DNA from: Camelus dromedarius | Lineage: Eukaryota | DNA: 64,000 bases | Reading direction: 5' to 3' | Assembly: GCF_036321535.1 (NCBI RefSeq) | Contig: NC_087436.1 | Location: forward strand, 104,038,001-104,102,000 | In this document: positions 13,940 to 25,998 of the stretch, in pieces | Position numbering within the stretch: position 1 is the stretch's first letter | Layout: the number at the start of each line of letters is the position of its first letter | Made by a program: the position numbers and the translations under genes | The notes under the pieces: model-generated | Databases searched by the model: none | Seen by the model: only the letters and a program-made list of their open reading frames with translations | Told to the model about the DNA's origin: nothing

Positions 13940-15565
13940 GGGATCATAAAGCACCTAGGAATATATAAAAACAGCGAGCAAGACCTTTAGGGAAAAAAAT
14001 TATAAAACTTTACGAGAGCCATCAAATAGAAATATATACCAAATTATTAGATTGTAATATTCAATGTTATAAAGATATCAGCTATCTCCAAATCAATTTG
14101 AAAAAAAAAATCAATGCAATTTCAGTCAAATTCCCAATAGGTTTTTCCCCTAGAGCTGGACAAGCAGACTGTAAAATGTATATGAATATACAAAGGGCAA
14201 AGAATAGCCAGTCTAGAAAAAGTGAGGAATTTGCTATACCAAATATTAAGTCTTATAAGGTAACAGTAACTTAAAAACATTGAGTATTGTCAAAGCAACA
14301 GACAAAAAAAAAATCAGTGGCAAAAATAAAGAGCTCAGAAACAGATCCACACACATACAAACATTTGATACATGACAGAATTAACAAAGCAAACTGGTAA
14401 GGAAAATTCAAACTTGCAGAATAAATGGTTCTGGAATTGGCTAAGCATCCATATACAGAAAATAAAAATGGAAATCAGACACGATTCTCACAAAACACAC
14501 AAATATCAATTCCTAGCAAATTAAAAACCTAAATTTGAAATACAAATTACACAGATTTGAGAAGATAATGTAGAATAATATCATCAGGGTAGGGAAGAAT
14601 TTCTTAACTAAGATACAAAAAGCACTTAACAGTAAAAGAGCCTGGTTAATTTGACAATAGTAACATTAAGAACTAACATTAACACACCATAAAGTAAATA
14701 AAAAGACAAGCCACAAATTGAAAAGAGGTACTGTGATCGTGATCAAAGGACACAAATATAAAGAATTCCAAAAACACTTTGTAACAAAGAGTAGAAATAT
14801 AAAGAATTCTAAAAACACTGTAAGAGGGGGAAAAAAAAGACCAATCCCAAAACAGACAGAAGACCTGAACAATTTCCAAGAATAAATCCATATAACCAAC
14901 AATACAAAATGATGCTCTATTTCAATAGTAATGAGCATATTAAATGCACAAAACGGTATCATTTACACACCCACCACAGAAATTTTTTTAAGTGTATTAA
15001 TACTAACATTGGTGATTCTAGGAAAGTAAACTGACACATCTCTTTTGGCAAACAATTAGGCATTACTAAGTAAAGATGATACCTTCTGATCCAGCAAACA
15101 TCCTAATGACATCGCCTTGAGAAATCCACACAGATGTACAATAAGGGGATATTCAAAGAAGCATTGTTCATAAAAGGCAACACTAGAAATAAACAGAATG
15201 TTCAATAGAAAAACTGACTAAACTGGAGTATTCAAAACTTGAATACACTACAGCAATAAAAGTAATGAACTGAAGTACATACAACAAAATGAACAAAATC
15301 ATACTTTTTCTTGAGCAAGAGAGACTACAAGTACAGACAATGATTCTATTACTATAAACTTCAAGACAAACTAAGTAATATTAAGTATATATATATATAT
15401 ATATATACAAATGGTAAAGATAAAAAGAAAAGGAAGGAAATTATTATTACCACAGAAATAATGACATTTTTGGCAGTAGGAAAGGCTGTGATTAAAAAGA
15501 AGGAACATGGGAGAAGGAAGTTTCTGGGGGTATTGATGGAGTTCTACCACTTGACCAATAGTCAA
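13940..15565 (+). mobile_element. Ancient L1M(E) ORF2/3' fragment
   Basis: Degenerate ORF2-like DNA ('aatgcaatttcagtcaaattcccaataggtttt', 'caaagggcaagaatagcca'). Confidence 0.7.
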
Positions 15566-18564
15566 GGTGACCTTTCAGCCTGCCCTACAAATCTCACGAG
15601 GCAGTATAAGCAATCTTGTATTTTGTGTGTGTGTGTGTGTGTGCGCGCGTGCACATATATATTTGTTCTGATTCTCTGAAGAACCCTGACTGATACTGAC
15701 TTGAGTACCAAGAGTAGTTCTAGAGGAACAGAAGCTTAAAGATGAGTTTTCAAAACCGGTCCTGCGGTTTATGAAATTGGTTCTCTACTCTGATTAGATT
15801 TGAAGGCACTAATGACTCCATTTCCAGCAAAGAGATATGGAAGGCACTAGTGGTCCATGATACAGCAATATAACCATTGGATACGACTCATCAAATACTT
15901 ATAAAAACCAAGGTTTTAGGTGAACATGCAACTGATACCTTAGAACATTTGTCAAACTAATAATTACAATGAGATGAGTTGGTGACCCCTAACTGCTGAG
16001 TGAAGTGGGGAAATGAAAGGATAAGCCCAGCTCTCCATACGCCCAGCTCAAACACTAGGTAAGTGACCTGAAAAGCTTCTGTCTGCGCTGAAACCCTTAT
16101 CTATTGAAGCCTTAGGGCTGAGATATCTGAAAACTAAATCCAGAGAGCCATCCTGTGAGTGGCTGAACTACAACACAAACGGAATTCCTGACCTCACAAG
16201 ATACTGTCTGTTATAGTAAGGGCATTTGATTAGGAAGAAATGGGATCCTGCAAATAGGGATGGAAACATGTGGGCAGATCTCACTGAATCACTAAATTTT
16301 GCTGGACCTTCTTTGCAAGTAGAAGCACACCTTCTACCCTTCACTGAGGTGAACTATGCTTTGCATGAAGAATCTGTAATGACCTCCCCTTAGGTAGTTG
16401 CCTTGTCAGACACAGCTAAATTCTCCTCAGAACCTACACTGATTCTTTGCTTCTACACCTACAACTACAAGTCCCAGCTGACCCCAAAAGGTGCAATACA
16501 AAGTGTGACCCCTGGGAGATGTACAACTCAAAAGAACAGCATGATTTTTCCAATTTGTAAGACAGAAACCTGGGAAATACGTGTGAGATTTGATATTATG
16601 GATGTAGAATAGTATGAACAAAACAAAGCTGGATGAGGCTGAATTTACTGATAAGACACTACTAAGCAAAGATTTTAGATTTAGTGTTGCAGCTCAAGGG
16701 GTTAGAAAGGGCTCTAGTAGTTTGACTCGTTGGCTCGATAAAGCAGCAACCAAAAGGATACAATGAGATGAAGCTGAAATGTCAGAACTGCCTTGGTATA
16801 ATGCAGCAAGTGGTATCCAAAGGCTCTGAGAAACAGAAATGTTAAAACAGTTTTATCATGTAACACCTGCTCACCCACCCCAGGAGGGTCCAGAAGACAT
16901 ACCTTTCACCAGGACTATCAGAAATAAATGTGTGAGGTGAGCCTCAGCATCACTGAAGAACTCTGTGGATGCTCTTCTCTGCGGGTCAGAAATTACAATG
17001 GGAACTGCTACCACTGAACAAGGATCCTTAAATGCCATGGGGATAACTGGATCCTGGGAAGGCAGGGGCCAAGGAGCAGAACTCAAACACCAAATACAAG
17101 GTGGACAAGGTTACCACAACGGACAGCAAGGTGAAAACAGTTATCAGAACAGTCTGACTCAGAGACCTATGTATGGCATTCACTAGTTGATCATGGTGCC
17201 TCTAGAAGAGAAACAGAAGGGCTGTCTACTAAATTCTTACTTGACCTATACAGGCAAAAGACTTCTAGATCAAGTGAACACAAGGCTAACTGGAATTGCC
17301 AAAACAAAGTCAAGGCCCCCCATTGAATTCTGAAACTTGAGCGAGTTTACAGACTCAGAACCTCTTGGATGAACAGGAGGATAGGTCCCCTTGAGGAAAG
17401 ACCTTCCTACACAGCAAAAATTTCATACTGTTAATCTTTGTCCCAGCCATCCCCAAATGGATCTACACCCTTTTACTAGGGTGACTATGTACTGGGAAAA
17501 GGACATAATTTTTTCAGGGATATTTGGACCCTGGCTCAGAACTGATTCCAAGAGACCTAAAATGTCATTGTGCTCCATGTGTCAGAGTAAGGAACTACAG
17601 AGATCAGATAATTGATGGGGTTTTAGCTCAGGTCCATATTACAGTGGGACCAGTGGGTCCCCTGAATCCATCCTTATGGTTATTTCCCCAGTTCCTAAAT
17701 TTGTAATTGCAACAGACATACTCAGCCACTAGCAGAGTCTTTACACTGGTTTCCAGACCTATTGGGATAAGAAAGGCTAAGTGGAGGCCACTAAAACTGC
17801 CTCTGACTTGGAAAATACTAAGCCAAAAGTGATACCACATTAATGGAGGGGCTACAAAGATTTGTGCCACCATTTCAAAGACTTAAAGAATGGTGGGTTG
17901 GTGATTCTGAACAAATCGCTATTCAACTCACCTATTTGGCAGGTGAAGAAAACAGATGGAGATTGACAGTGGATTGTCATAAACTTAACCAGGTGGTGAC
18001 TCCAATCGTAGCTGCTGCACCAGATGTGGATTCACTGTGTGAGCAAATTAACACATCCTTTTGTACCTAGCATGCAGATAGACTGGCAAACGCTTTTTTT
18101 CTCAATATTTTTTAATAAAGACTACCAGAAGCAGTTTGTTTTCAGCTGGCAAGTTCAGCAATATATCTTCACTGCCTGACCTCAGGAGTTTATCAACCCT
18201 CCAGACCTATGATCCCAGGCATAATTTAGTTCTCAGGGATCTTGACAGACTTTTCCCTGAACAAAGTATCACACCCATTACATTCATGATACTATTCAAA
18301 CTGGATCTAGTGAGCAAGAAATTACAACTCCTTTAGACTTATTGGTAAGACAACTGCATGTCAGAGGGTAGGAAAAAAATTGGACAAATATTCAGGGACC
18401 TTTCACCTAAGTGAAATTTCTAGGGGTCTATTGGTATGGGGCATATCAAGATATCCCTTCTCAGGTAAAGAATAAGATGCATTTGGTCACTCCTATAAAC
18501 AACAAAAAAAGGACAGCAACCAGTGAGTTTCTTTGTATTTCAGTACTCCAGCCCATTGACCAAG

Positions 18565-18614
18565 TATATCAGTCAGGGTTTTTCAAAAATACAAAATCAG
18601 TGGGAGATATATAC

Positions 18615-18645
<31 letters not shown>

Positions 18646-19084
18646 CTCACACACACAGGGGAAGAAAGAGAATACACACTGAGATTTATTTTAAGGAATT
18701 GGCTCATACGATTGTGGGGGCTGGCAAGTTTGAAATCTGTAGCACAGACTATTGGGCAGGAAACTCAGACTTAGGAGTTGATATTGCAGTTTTAGAGTCC
18801 AAAATTTGTAAAGCAGACCAGCAGGCTAGAAACACAGGCAAGATTTCTAAATACAATCTTGAGGCACAGTTCCTTCTTTCTTGGGAAATCTGTTTTTGCT
18901 TGTAAGGCCTTCAACTGATTGGGTAATTATCAAGGGTAATTTCCCTTACTAAGAGTCAACTGATTGTAAATGTTAATCACATCTATGAATTACCTTCACA
19001 GCAACATCTACACCAGTGTTTAACTGAACAACTAGGCACCACAGCCTAGCCAGGCTGACACATGACACAAACTTATTCATCACA
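18565..19084 (-). mobile_element. MLT2 solo LTR nested in ERV-L pol in opposite orientation; contains (TG)n
   Basis: Reverse-complement MLT2 termini 'tatatcagtcagggtttttc...' and '...ctagccaggctgacacat...catcaca'. The pol sequence resumes on both sides. Confidence 0.85.
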
Positions 19085-20617
19085 TCAGGAGACCTAAAAA
19101 GCTAGTTTTGAGTAGGGCCCAGAAGAAGGCTCTGCAATGATTCAGATTGCTCTGACACTTGGGCCATGTGATCCAGCATATCTAATGATGCCTGAAGGGT
19201 CGGCACAGAGAGAGATGTTGTCTGGAGCCTTTGACAGGCCTGTATAGGTTGACCACAGTACATACCCTTAGGATTTTGGGGCAAAGCCCTGCCATTCTCT
19301 GCAAATAACTACTCTCCTTTTGAGAAACAGATTTTGGCCTGCTACTGGGCCTCAGTAGAGACTGATGCTTAACAACAGGCCCCTAAGTTACCATGTAAAC
19401 TGAGCTGCCCATCATGAACTGGGTGTTGTCTGACCCTGAAGCCATAAGATCAGGTACACATATCAGTACTCCATCATCAAATGGTGGTAGTATATACAAG
19501 ATCGAGACCACACAGGCCCTGAAGGCACAAGTAAATTATATGAAAAAGTGACCCAAATGTCCATGGTATTCATCCCTGCTACATTATCTTCTCTCTCTTA
19601 GTCCACATTTATGACCTCATGGAAAGTTTCCTAAATCAGTTGAATGAAGAAGAGAAAACTTGGGCTTCATTTACAAATGATTCTGCACAATATGCAGGCA
19701 CCACCCAAAAGTGGATGGCTGCAGCACTGCAGCCCTTTCCAGGACATTCCTGAAGGGTAATGGAAAAGGAAATCCTCTCAGGAGACAGAACTCTTAAGCA
19801 GTGCATGAGTGGTTGTTTATTTTGCTTAGAAAAAAATGGCCAGAGATGCCACCGCGTATCAACTCACAGGATGTGGCAAATGGTCTATCTAGATGATCAG
19901 GGACTTGGAAGGACACGATTGGGAAACTGGTGACAAGGCAATCTGAAGGAGGTATATGGATAAGCCTCTCTGAAGGGGCAAAAAACATGAAAATATCTGT
20001 GTTCATGCAAATGCTCACCAAAGGGTCATCTCAGCAAAGGATGATTTTAATAATCAAGTGGATAATATGACCTGTTCCGTACAAATTAGCCTCTCTCTTG
20101 GCCACCAATATCATTGTCTATTGGACTCATGGCAAAGTAGTCATGGAAGGAAGGAAGGTCATGTATGGGCTCAGTAACAGGGACTTCAGCCCATGATGGC
20201 TAACCTGCCACAGCCACTGCAGAGTGCCCAATATGCCAGGAGCAGAGATCAGAGATCAACAATGAGTCCCCAAAACGGCACCGTCCCCAGGGGGATCAGG
20301 CAGCTACCTGGTGGCAGGTTGATTACACTGGACTGCTTCCAACACAAAGAGGAAAGGTTTTGTTATGGAAACAGACTTTGTGGACACAGATTTGCCTTTG
20401 CTGCATCTAATGTTTCTGCTAAACCTACTATCCACAATTTACAGAAGGCTTATCCATCGTCATGGTATCTGACACAGAATTATTGCCTCTGATCAAGGAA
20501 TTCACTTCACAGCACAAGTAAGCAATGGACTCATGCTCAAGAAATTCACTGAGCAGTTGTCTTAACATGTTCCCCATCATCCTAAGAAGCTGGTTGACAG
20601 AACAATAACAGAGACTC

Positions 20618-21078
20618 TTTTTTTTTTGAAGTATAGTTGATTTACAATGTTGTGGTAATTTCTGATGTACAGCACAGTGATTCAGTTAAAGACATAGATA
20701 TAGATAGATTCTTTTTCATTATAGATTATTACAAGCTATTGAATATAGTTCCTTGTGCTATACAGTAAGACCCTGTTGTTTACCTACTTTGTATATAGTA
20801 GTTTTTATCTGCTAATCCCAAACTCCTGATTTATCCCTCTCCCTCCTCCCTTTCCCCTTTGGTAACCATAAGTTTGTTTTCTATGTCGGTGAGTCTGTTT
20901 CTGTTTTGCATATAAGTTCATTTATGTCATTTTTTTTTTTAGATTCCACATATAAGTGATACCATATATGGTATTTGTCTTTTTCTGGCTTACTTCACTT
21001 AGTATGATAATCTCTAGGTCCACCCATGTTGACACAAATGGCATTATTTCATTCTTTTTTGTGGCTGAGTAGTATTTC

Positions 21079-21150
<72 letters not shown>

Positions 21151-21250
21151 GGAATATATACATTCCATAAATTATTTATCCAATCATTTATCAATGGACA
21201 TTTAGGTTGCTTCCATGTCTTGGCTATTGTACATAGTTCTGCTATGAACA
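20618..21250 (-). mobile_element. L1 3' end nested in ERV-L integrase
   Basis: A poly-T tail is followed by reverse L1 3' UTR. The minus-strand ORF MFIAELCTIAKTWKQPKCP... is the L1 ORF2 C-terminus. Confidence 0.92.
21081..21148. repeat. (TA)34 microsatellite
   Basis: Uninterrupted TA run, read directly. Confidence 0.95.
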
Positions 21251-23769
21251 CAGAATGGCTTTTTGAAGACTTAGTTACAATGCTAGTTAGGTGGCATTAC
21301 CTTGCAGGGTTGGCACAGTGTTCTCCAGGAAGCTGTATATGATCTAAATCAGCAACCAATATACAGTGCTATTTCTCTCATAGCTAGGATTCACAGATCC
21401 TAGAATCAAAGGGTGAAAATGAGAGTGGCATCACTCACTGCTGCTCCAAGAGATCCATTAGCAAAAGTTTTCCTTTCTGTGCCCACACGACTTTATGATT
21501 TTATGCTCTGCTGGTCTATAGGTCTTAGTTCCAAAGGGAAGAATGCTCCCACTGGGAGATAAAATGATTACAGTGAACTGGAAGTTAAAACTGCCACTGG
21601 GAAGAACACTTTGAGTTCTTCCTCCCTCTGTATCAATGGGTAAAGAAGGGGACTACTTTACTGACTGGTGTGAGGGATTCTGATTACCAAGAGGAGACTG
21701 GACTGTTATTACACAAGGGTGGTAAGAAAGAGTAAGTCTGGAATATAGGAGATCCCTTAAGGTAACTTAGTCACCATGCCCTGTGATTAAAGTCAACAGA
21801 AAACTGTAACAACGCAATCCAGGCAGGACTACGAATGGGCCAGACCCTTCAGAAATAATGTTTTGGGTCACCTCATCAGGCAAAGAACCACAACTAGCTA
21901 AGGTGCTTGTGGAGAGCAAAGGGAATATGGAATGCGTAGTGGAAGAAGGCAGTCACAAAGACCAGCTACAACCACATGACCAGTTACAGAAATGGAAATT
22001 GTAATTGTTCTAAGTATTTCCTTGAAATTAATCTCTTACAATTTTACATATATGTATAATTTATTTAGTTATTTTTAATATTTAAATTTTAAATAATTAG
22101 TAATTAAAATATAATTTATTTATAGATACATATTTTCCTTCTGTTTTTCTTGAGAACTCTGATTGATATAATAGAGTCCTTAAAGATATTACGAGAAAAA
22201 GCAGCCATTTTTTGATTTGAAGAATAGATCCAGAAACCATAGAAGGTACTGAACGATTTCAGCTTTATAACAGATAATTTCTCATAAACCACAGCTGTCT
22301 CCTAATGGGAAAGGCTGCCAGAGAACCAGTGAGCTCCCAGTCCCTGAAAGCACTGGAGGAGCCAATGAAAGGGAGATGCACCACAGCAGTTCCTGTAATT
22401 AGCAGAAAACTTAAACATTAAGATTTGTCCATTTCTTTCAATTCAAAGGCTATAATTGTATAACAATTGTTCTGATTTTAGATTAGCAATGTAAAAAAAA
22501 AAACACCTCAACCCAAGCAGAAATTACTTTGACTGCCTCTCCTAGTCTCATTTATTAAAAACCAAGTTATCAGCTTCTGCTCATCTCACAAGTAGTTCCT
22601 AACAGGCTTCATTATTTGATGTATTATGCTTATCACAAGTTCAGATAAGGCTACATTTGTATCTCTGTAGTTCTTTCCAAACGGATCAGAACAAAGAAAG
22701 GGAAAGAAGAAAGAAAGCAAAGGGAGAGCAACTAAAAGAAAATTTAAAGAAATACTTCATATATTTGATCTCTGTTAACTCTTTAAATATTAACCTAATG
22801 GCTTGTAAATGGAAAAGAGACAATAAATACTCGAGGGACTATTATTACTACTACCAGAACCGTATTAGGCACTCACAACTGTGGAAGCCAGGCATTGTGT
22901 TTCCCATTTTACAAACAGGTACAAGAGGCCTAAATACCCTGCCAATCTAACAAGCAGCAGAACCAAGATACTCATACTGGTGTGACTGCAAAGCCTGGAC
23001 ACTTACCACACACTATAATTACTGAAATATGCGTATGTGTAAATTCTTAAATGTGTACGTGGCATAATGAATACAGTTTGCAACAGGTAAGTGAACCGAG
23101 TAACAACAAACTAGTACAAAATAAATAAAGCAAAAATTAAAAATTAAGTATTTACTAAGTACATTTATCTGCTGAACACAGGTAATAATTCGTTCTCTCC
23201 ACCGCCTTTTCAAAATGAAATAAGATCCAGTTACATAATCAAGCAAAATCACTTGAAATTAGGTAGAGACAATGATATACGTTTAAGAGAATTGAAAAGT
23301 TTATACAAAATTAAGAAAGAAAGGTCAAAAACCTAATAAACTACTAAAGGAAAATTGGTTAAAGTGTGGATAAATAAAACAGATGAGGTGTTTATTTGTA
23401 ATTATATCACCACATAAGAGGAAAGCTAAAAATCAGAAACAAGAGAAAGTCAATATAAATGAAAGCAGTATCAACCAGAAGAGCAAGAGGGAAAACTACA
23501 GTAAAACCTCTGTTTTAAAGGGATTGAGGACGTGGAGGTTAAAAAAAAAAAATTCAACTATTTGGTTTAGTGTTTATGCTATCCCATTACATCCAGCATT
23601 TGAAAAACTACAGTAAGTTTGTTCTAACATCCTAACTCCTTAAATTATGTAATATAGCATAGGTTTTTATGTTTTCACATCACAATAAAGTTTATGTTAC
23701 AATGAACTTGATTTTCAGGACAACAGAACAGAAAGGCTTTCACTGGACTTGGTATCTGCGTGTAGAACA

Positions 23770-24495
23770 CCTATACCACATCTCCCACCATCTCCACTGC
23801 TAGCCCCGGAGCTCCACCATTCTCTCCCCCACCGACCAACAAAAGCCTCCTAACTAATCTCCCTGCTCCCTGAGACTACAGCCCTTCTATAGTCTCATCT
23901 CAATGAAATCACTGAAGTGATCCCGGTACTACACAAGTTACACCACGGCACAACTCTTCTCAAAACCCAGTAGTGGCTCCCCATCTCAGTCAGAGAAATA
24001 CCAATATCCTTACATCAATCTACAAGACCCTGTACATTCCAGCCTTGTCTACTTTTCTAATTTAATTCCCCAACCTCTCTCCACTGCTTAATCCACACCA
24101 GCCCAGGAGTCTCCCTGGAAGTTTCTCCAAAATCCAAGCATGCTCCATCCACATCAGGACCCATAACACCTGCTGTTCCCTCCACCTAAGGGTACTCGCA
24201 TCACTGTGTCTTCCTTCCCTCTTCTCAAATGTCACCTATGCCTTCTCTGATCACTGTATACAAAACAACACATACACACATAGACTCTGCCCTGACACTC
24301 TTTATTCCCCTTACTTAATTTTCTTTCATAGCATTTATTACCTCTCAACTTGATATGTATTTATTTCTCTACTTCTTTACTATGTCTTACCCATTTAAAT
24401 GTAGACTCATTGTTTTGTTTTGTTTTATTCTATTCATGCTCCAGTGCCCAGAACAATGTCTCAAAGTACTCAATAAGTATGTTGAATTAATACAT
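23770..24495 (+). mobile_element. L2 3' portion
   Basis: Ends in the L2 terminus 'cagtgcccagaacaatgtc...ctcaataagtatgttgaattaat'. Confidence 0.75.
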
Positions 24496-25228
24496 TAGCC
24501 TTAAATTAAATTTTCAGTCTTCTCGATTATATGAATATGCTGTTGAATAGTAAAAGCTTTAAGCAAGAAAATTTGATGTACTTTCCTAATTCTCCTTCCA
24601 TCCTTCCTACTGATTTGGTTTTATAACGAATATAAAAGGAAAGTGAATGTTCCACCTGTTGTATTTTTCTTGTTTTCCGCTCAACCACAAATTATGAGCT
24701 TTCAGGGTCCCAACTTCCTTATTTGGCAAGTAAGAGGAACTGGCCCATGGTAATCAGTTTCTAAAAATCTAGTATCTAAAAATCAGATTTGAAGCAAAGT
24801 TTACATGAATTTTTCAATAAACCATCATGAAATCTCTCAGTACTTAGGATAAGTCAACACTGTGTATGTATATATAAACTGCATATATGTACACCCTGTC
24901 TATAATCTGAGGTGCTAAATTAGCTACATTCTCATAATGCAAGTAACACTGGACCTTACATTTTGAGTTTCTCTGCTCCTGAACTCCGTAGTCTGATAAG
25001 CACAGTTAAACACTGCACTTATCTGAAAGCTCCTTCTGACTTCACCTAGGCAAAACAGATAGACCTAAAAAACAAATTCTCAGCAATGAAAAAAGATATC
25101 ACAAATATCAAAGACAAATACTCTAAACGCTTTACTCAAAGGAGAATCCATCACACTACCAATAGTTATGACAACTAAAGCCTTGACACCCATCTTCCAG
25201 CCTTAGCAGATACCAAAACATTTTAAAA

Positions 25229-25256
<28 letters not shown>
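25229..25256. repeat. (GT)n microsatellite followed by an old L1M 3' fragment to about 25535
   Basis: Repeat read directly. The downstream 'ggtgaaggtaatatgtttcctgacctggg...ttcactttgtaaaaa' resembles L1ME. Confidence 0.75.
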
Positions 25257-25259
<3 letters not shown>

Positions 25260-25784
25260 CACAATGAATAAACTATGATGTAACCATATGTAGATGATTC
25301 TACATTTATATTGCATTCAGAAACAAGAAAGCTATCCTGTAGCACTGAAGTAGTGGTTAACTCTGGACAGAGAGGCAGACAGTGATTACAAGGGGGCATG
25401 AGGAACATCACGGGTGAAGGTAATATGTTTCCTGACCTGGGTACTGGTAATATAGGATCATTCACTTTGTAAAAAATAGCTAAGCTGTCCAGTGATTTTT
25501 GTGCCGTTTTCTGTACTGTTGTATTTAAGTAAAAAGCTTATGAAGAAATAAGGTTCAGCAGTTCAAGGCCATGAAAGCTAAGGCTGAATAGCTCTATACA
25601 ACCAACAGTCCTGAAGAACACCCATGCTTTGGCAGAGCACACCAGTAACACTGTGCCTGTGAACCCGTACGAGCAGAAGACAGGGAAGTAACAAATTTTA
25701 GAAATAATTTGCTTCCAAAGTGTTCGACATAAAACAGGTTTATAATTCAAAGGACTTAAGCTGCAATTATTCAAGAGTCAAAAG

Positions 25785-25998
25785 AGTACTGGTTAAGGAT
25801 TCGCATGCTTGTTGGCAGAATCCCATCTTTACCACTTGCTAGCTCTGTGAACATGTACTTAACATGGGCCTCTGTTACCTCACCTGGGAAGTGGAGCTCT
25901 TCTACCTCATAATCTTGTTGTGAGGACTAAAGGAGTTACTCCATGCAGAGCGTTCAGAAGAGCACGTGACACATAGTAAGTATTCAATAAATGCTGGC
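25785..25998 (+). mobile_element. MIR SINE
   Basis: 'aatcccatctttaccacttgctagctctgtga...ttgttgtgaggactaaa...acatagtaagtattcaataaatg'. Confidence 0.75.

Larger units (their letters stand above)
15570..22170 (+). mobile_element. Decayed ERV-L provirus (MLT2-type LTR remnants; gag-pro-pol-dUTPase pseudogenes), antisense to STIM2
   Basis: The LTR end 'ctctgaagaaccctgactgatac' (about 15696) is followed by the ERVL internal start 'gtaccaagagtagttctagaggaacagaa'. RT motif WRLTVDCHKLNQVVTPIVAAAPDV at about 17955-18030, integrase SDQGIHFTA at about 20488-20514, dUTPase-like DNA at about 21510-21770, and a 3' LTR end remnant 'tttcttgagaactctgattgatata' at about 22169. Many stops and frameshifts. Confidence 0.9.

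Noticed and set aside
14755..14825. Short local tandem duplications (also at about 9858, 10115, 27850, 31590, 36177, 43427)
   Set aside because: Two-copy slippage duplications with no regular repeat-spacer array and no CRISPR-like structure.
16871..18336. Possible domesticated gag/pol gene
   Set aside because: ERV-L frames are broken into ORFs under about 85 aa by stops and frameshifts.
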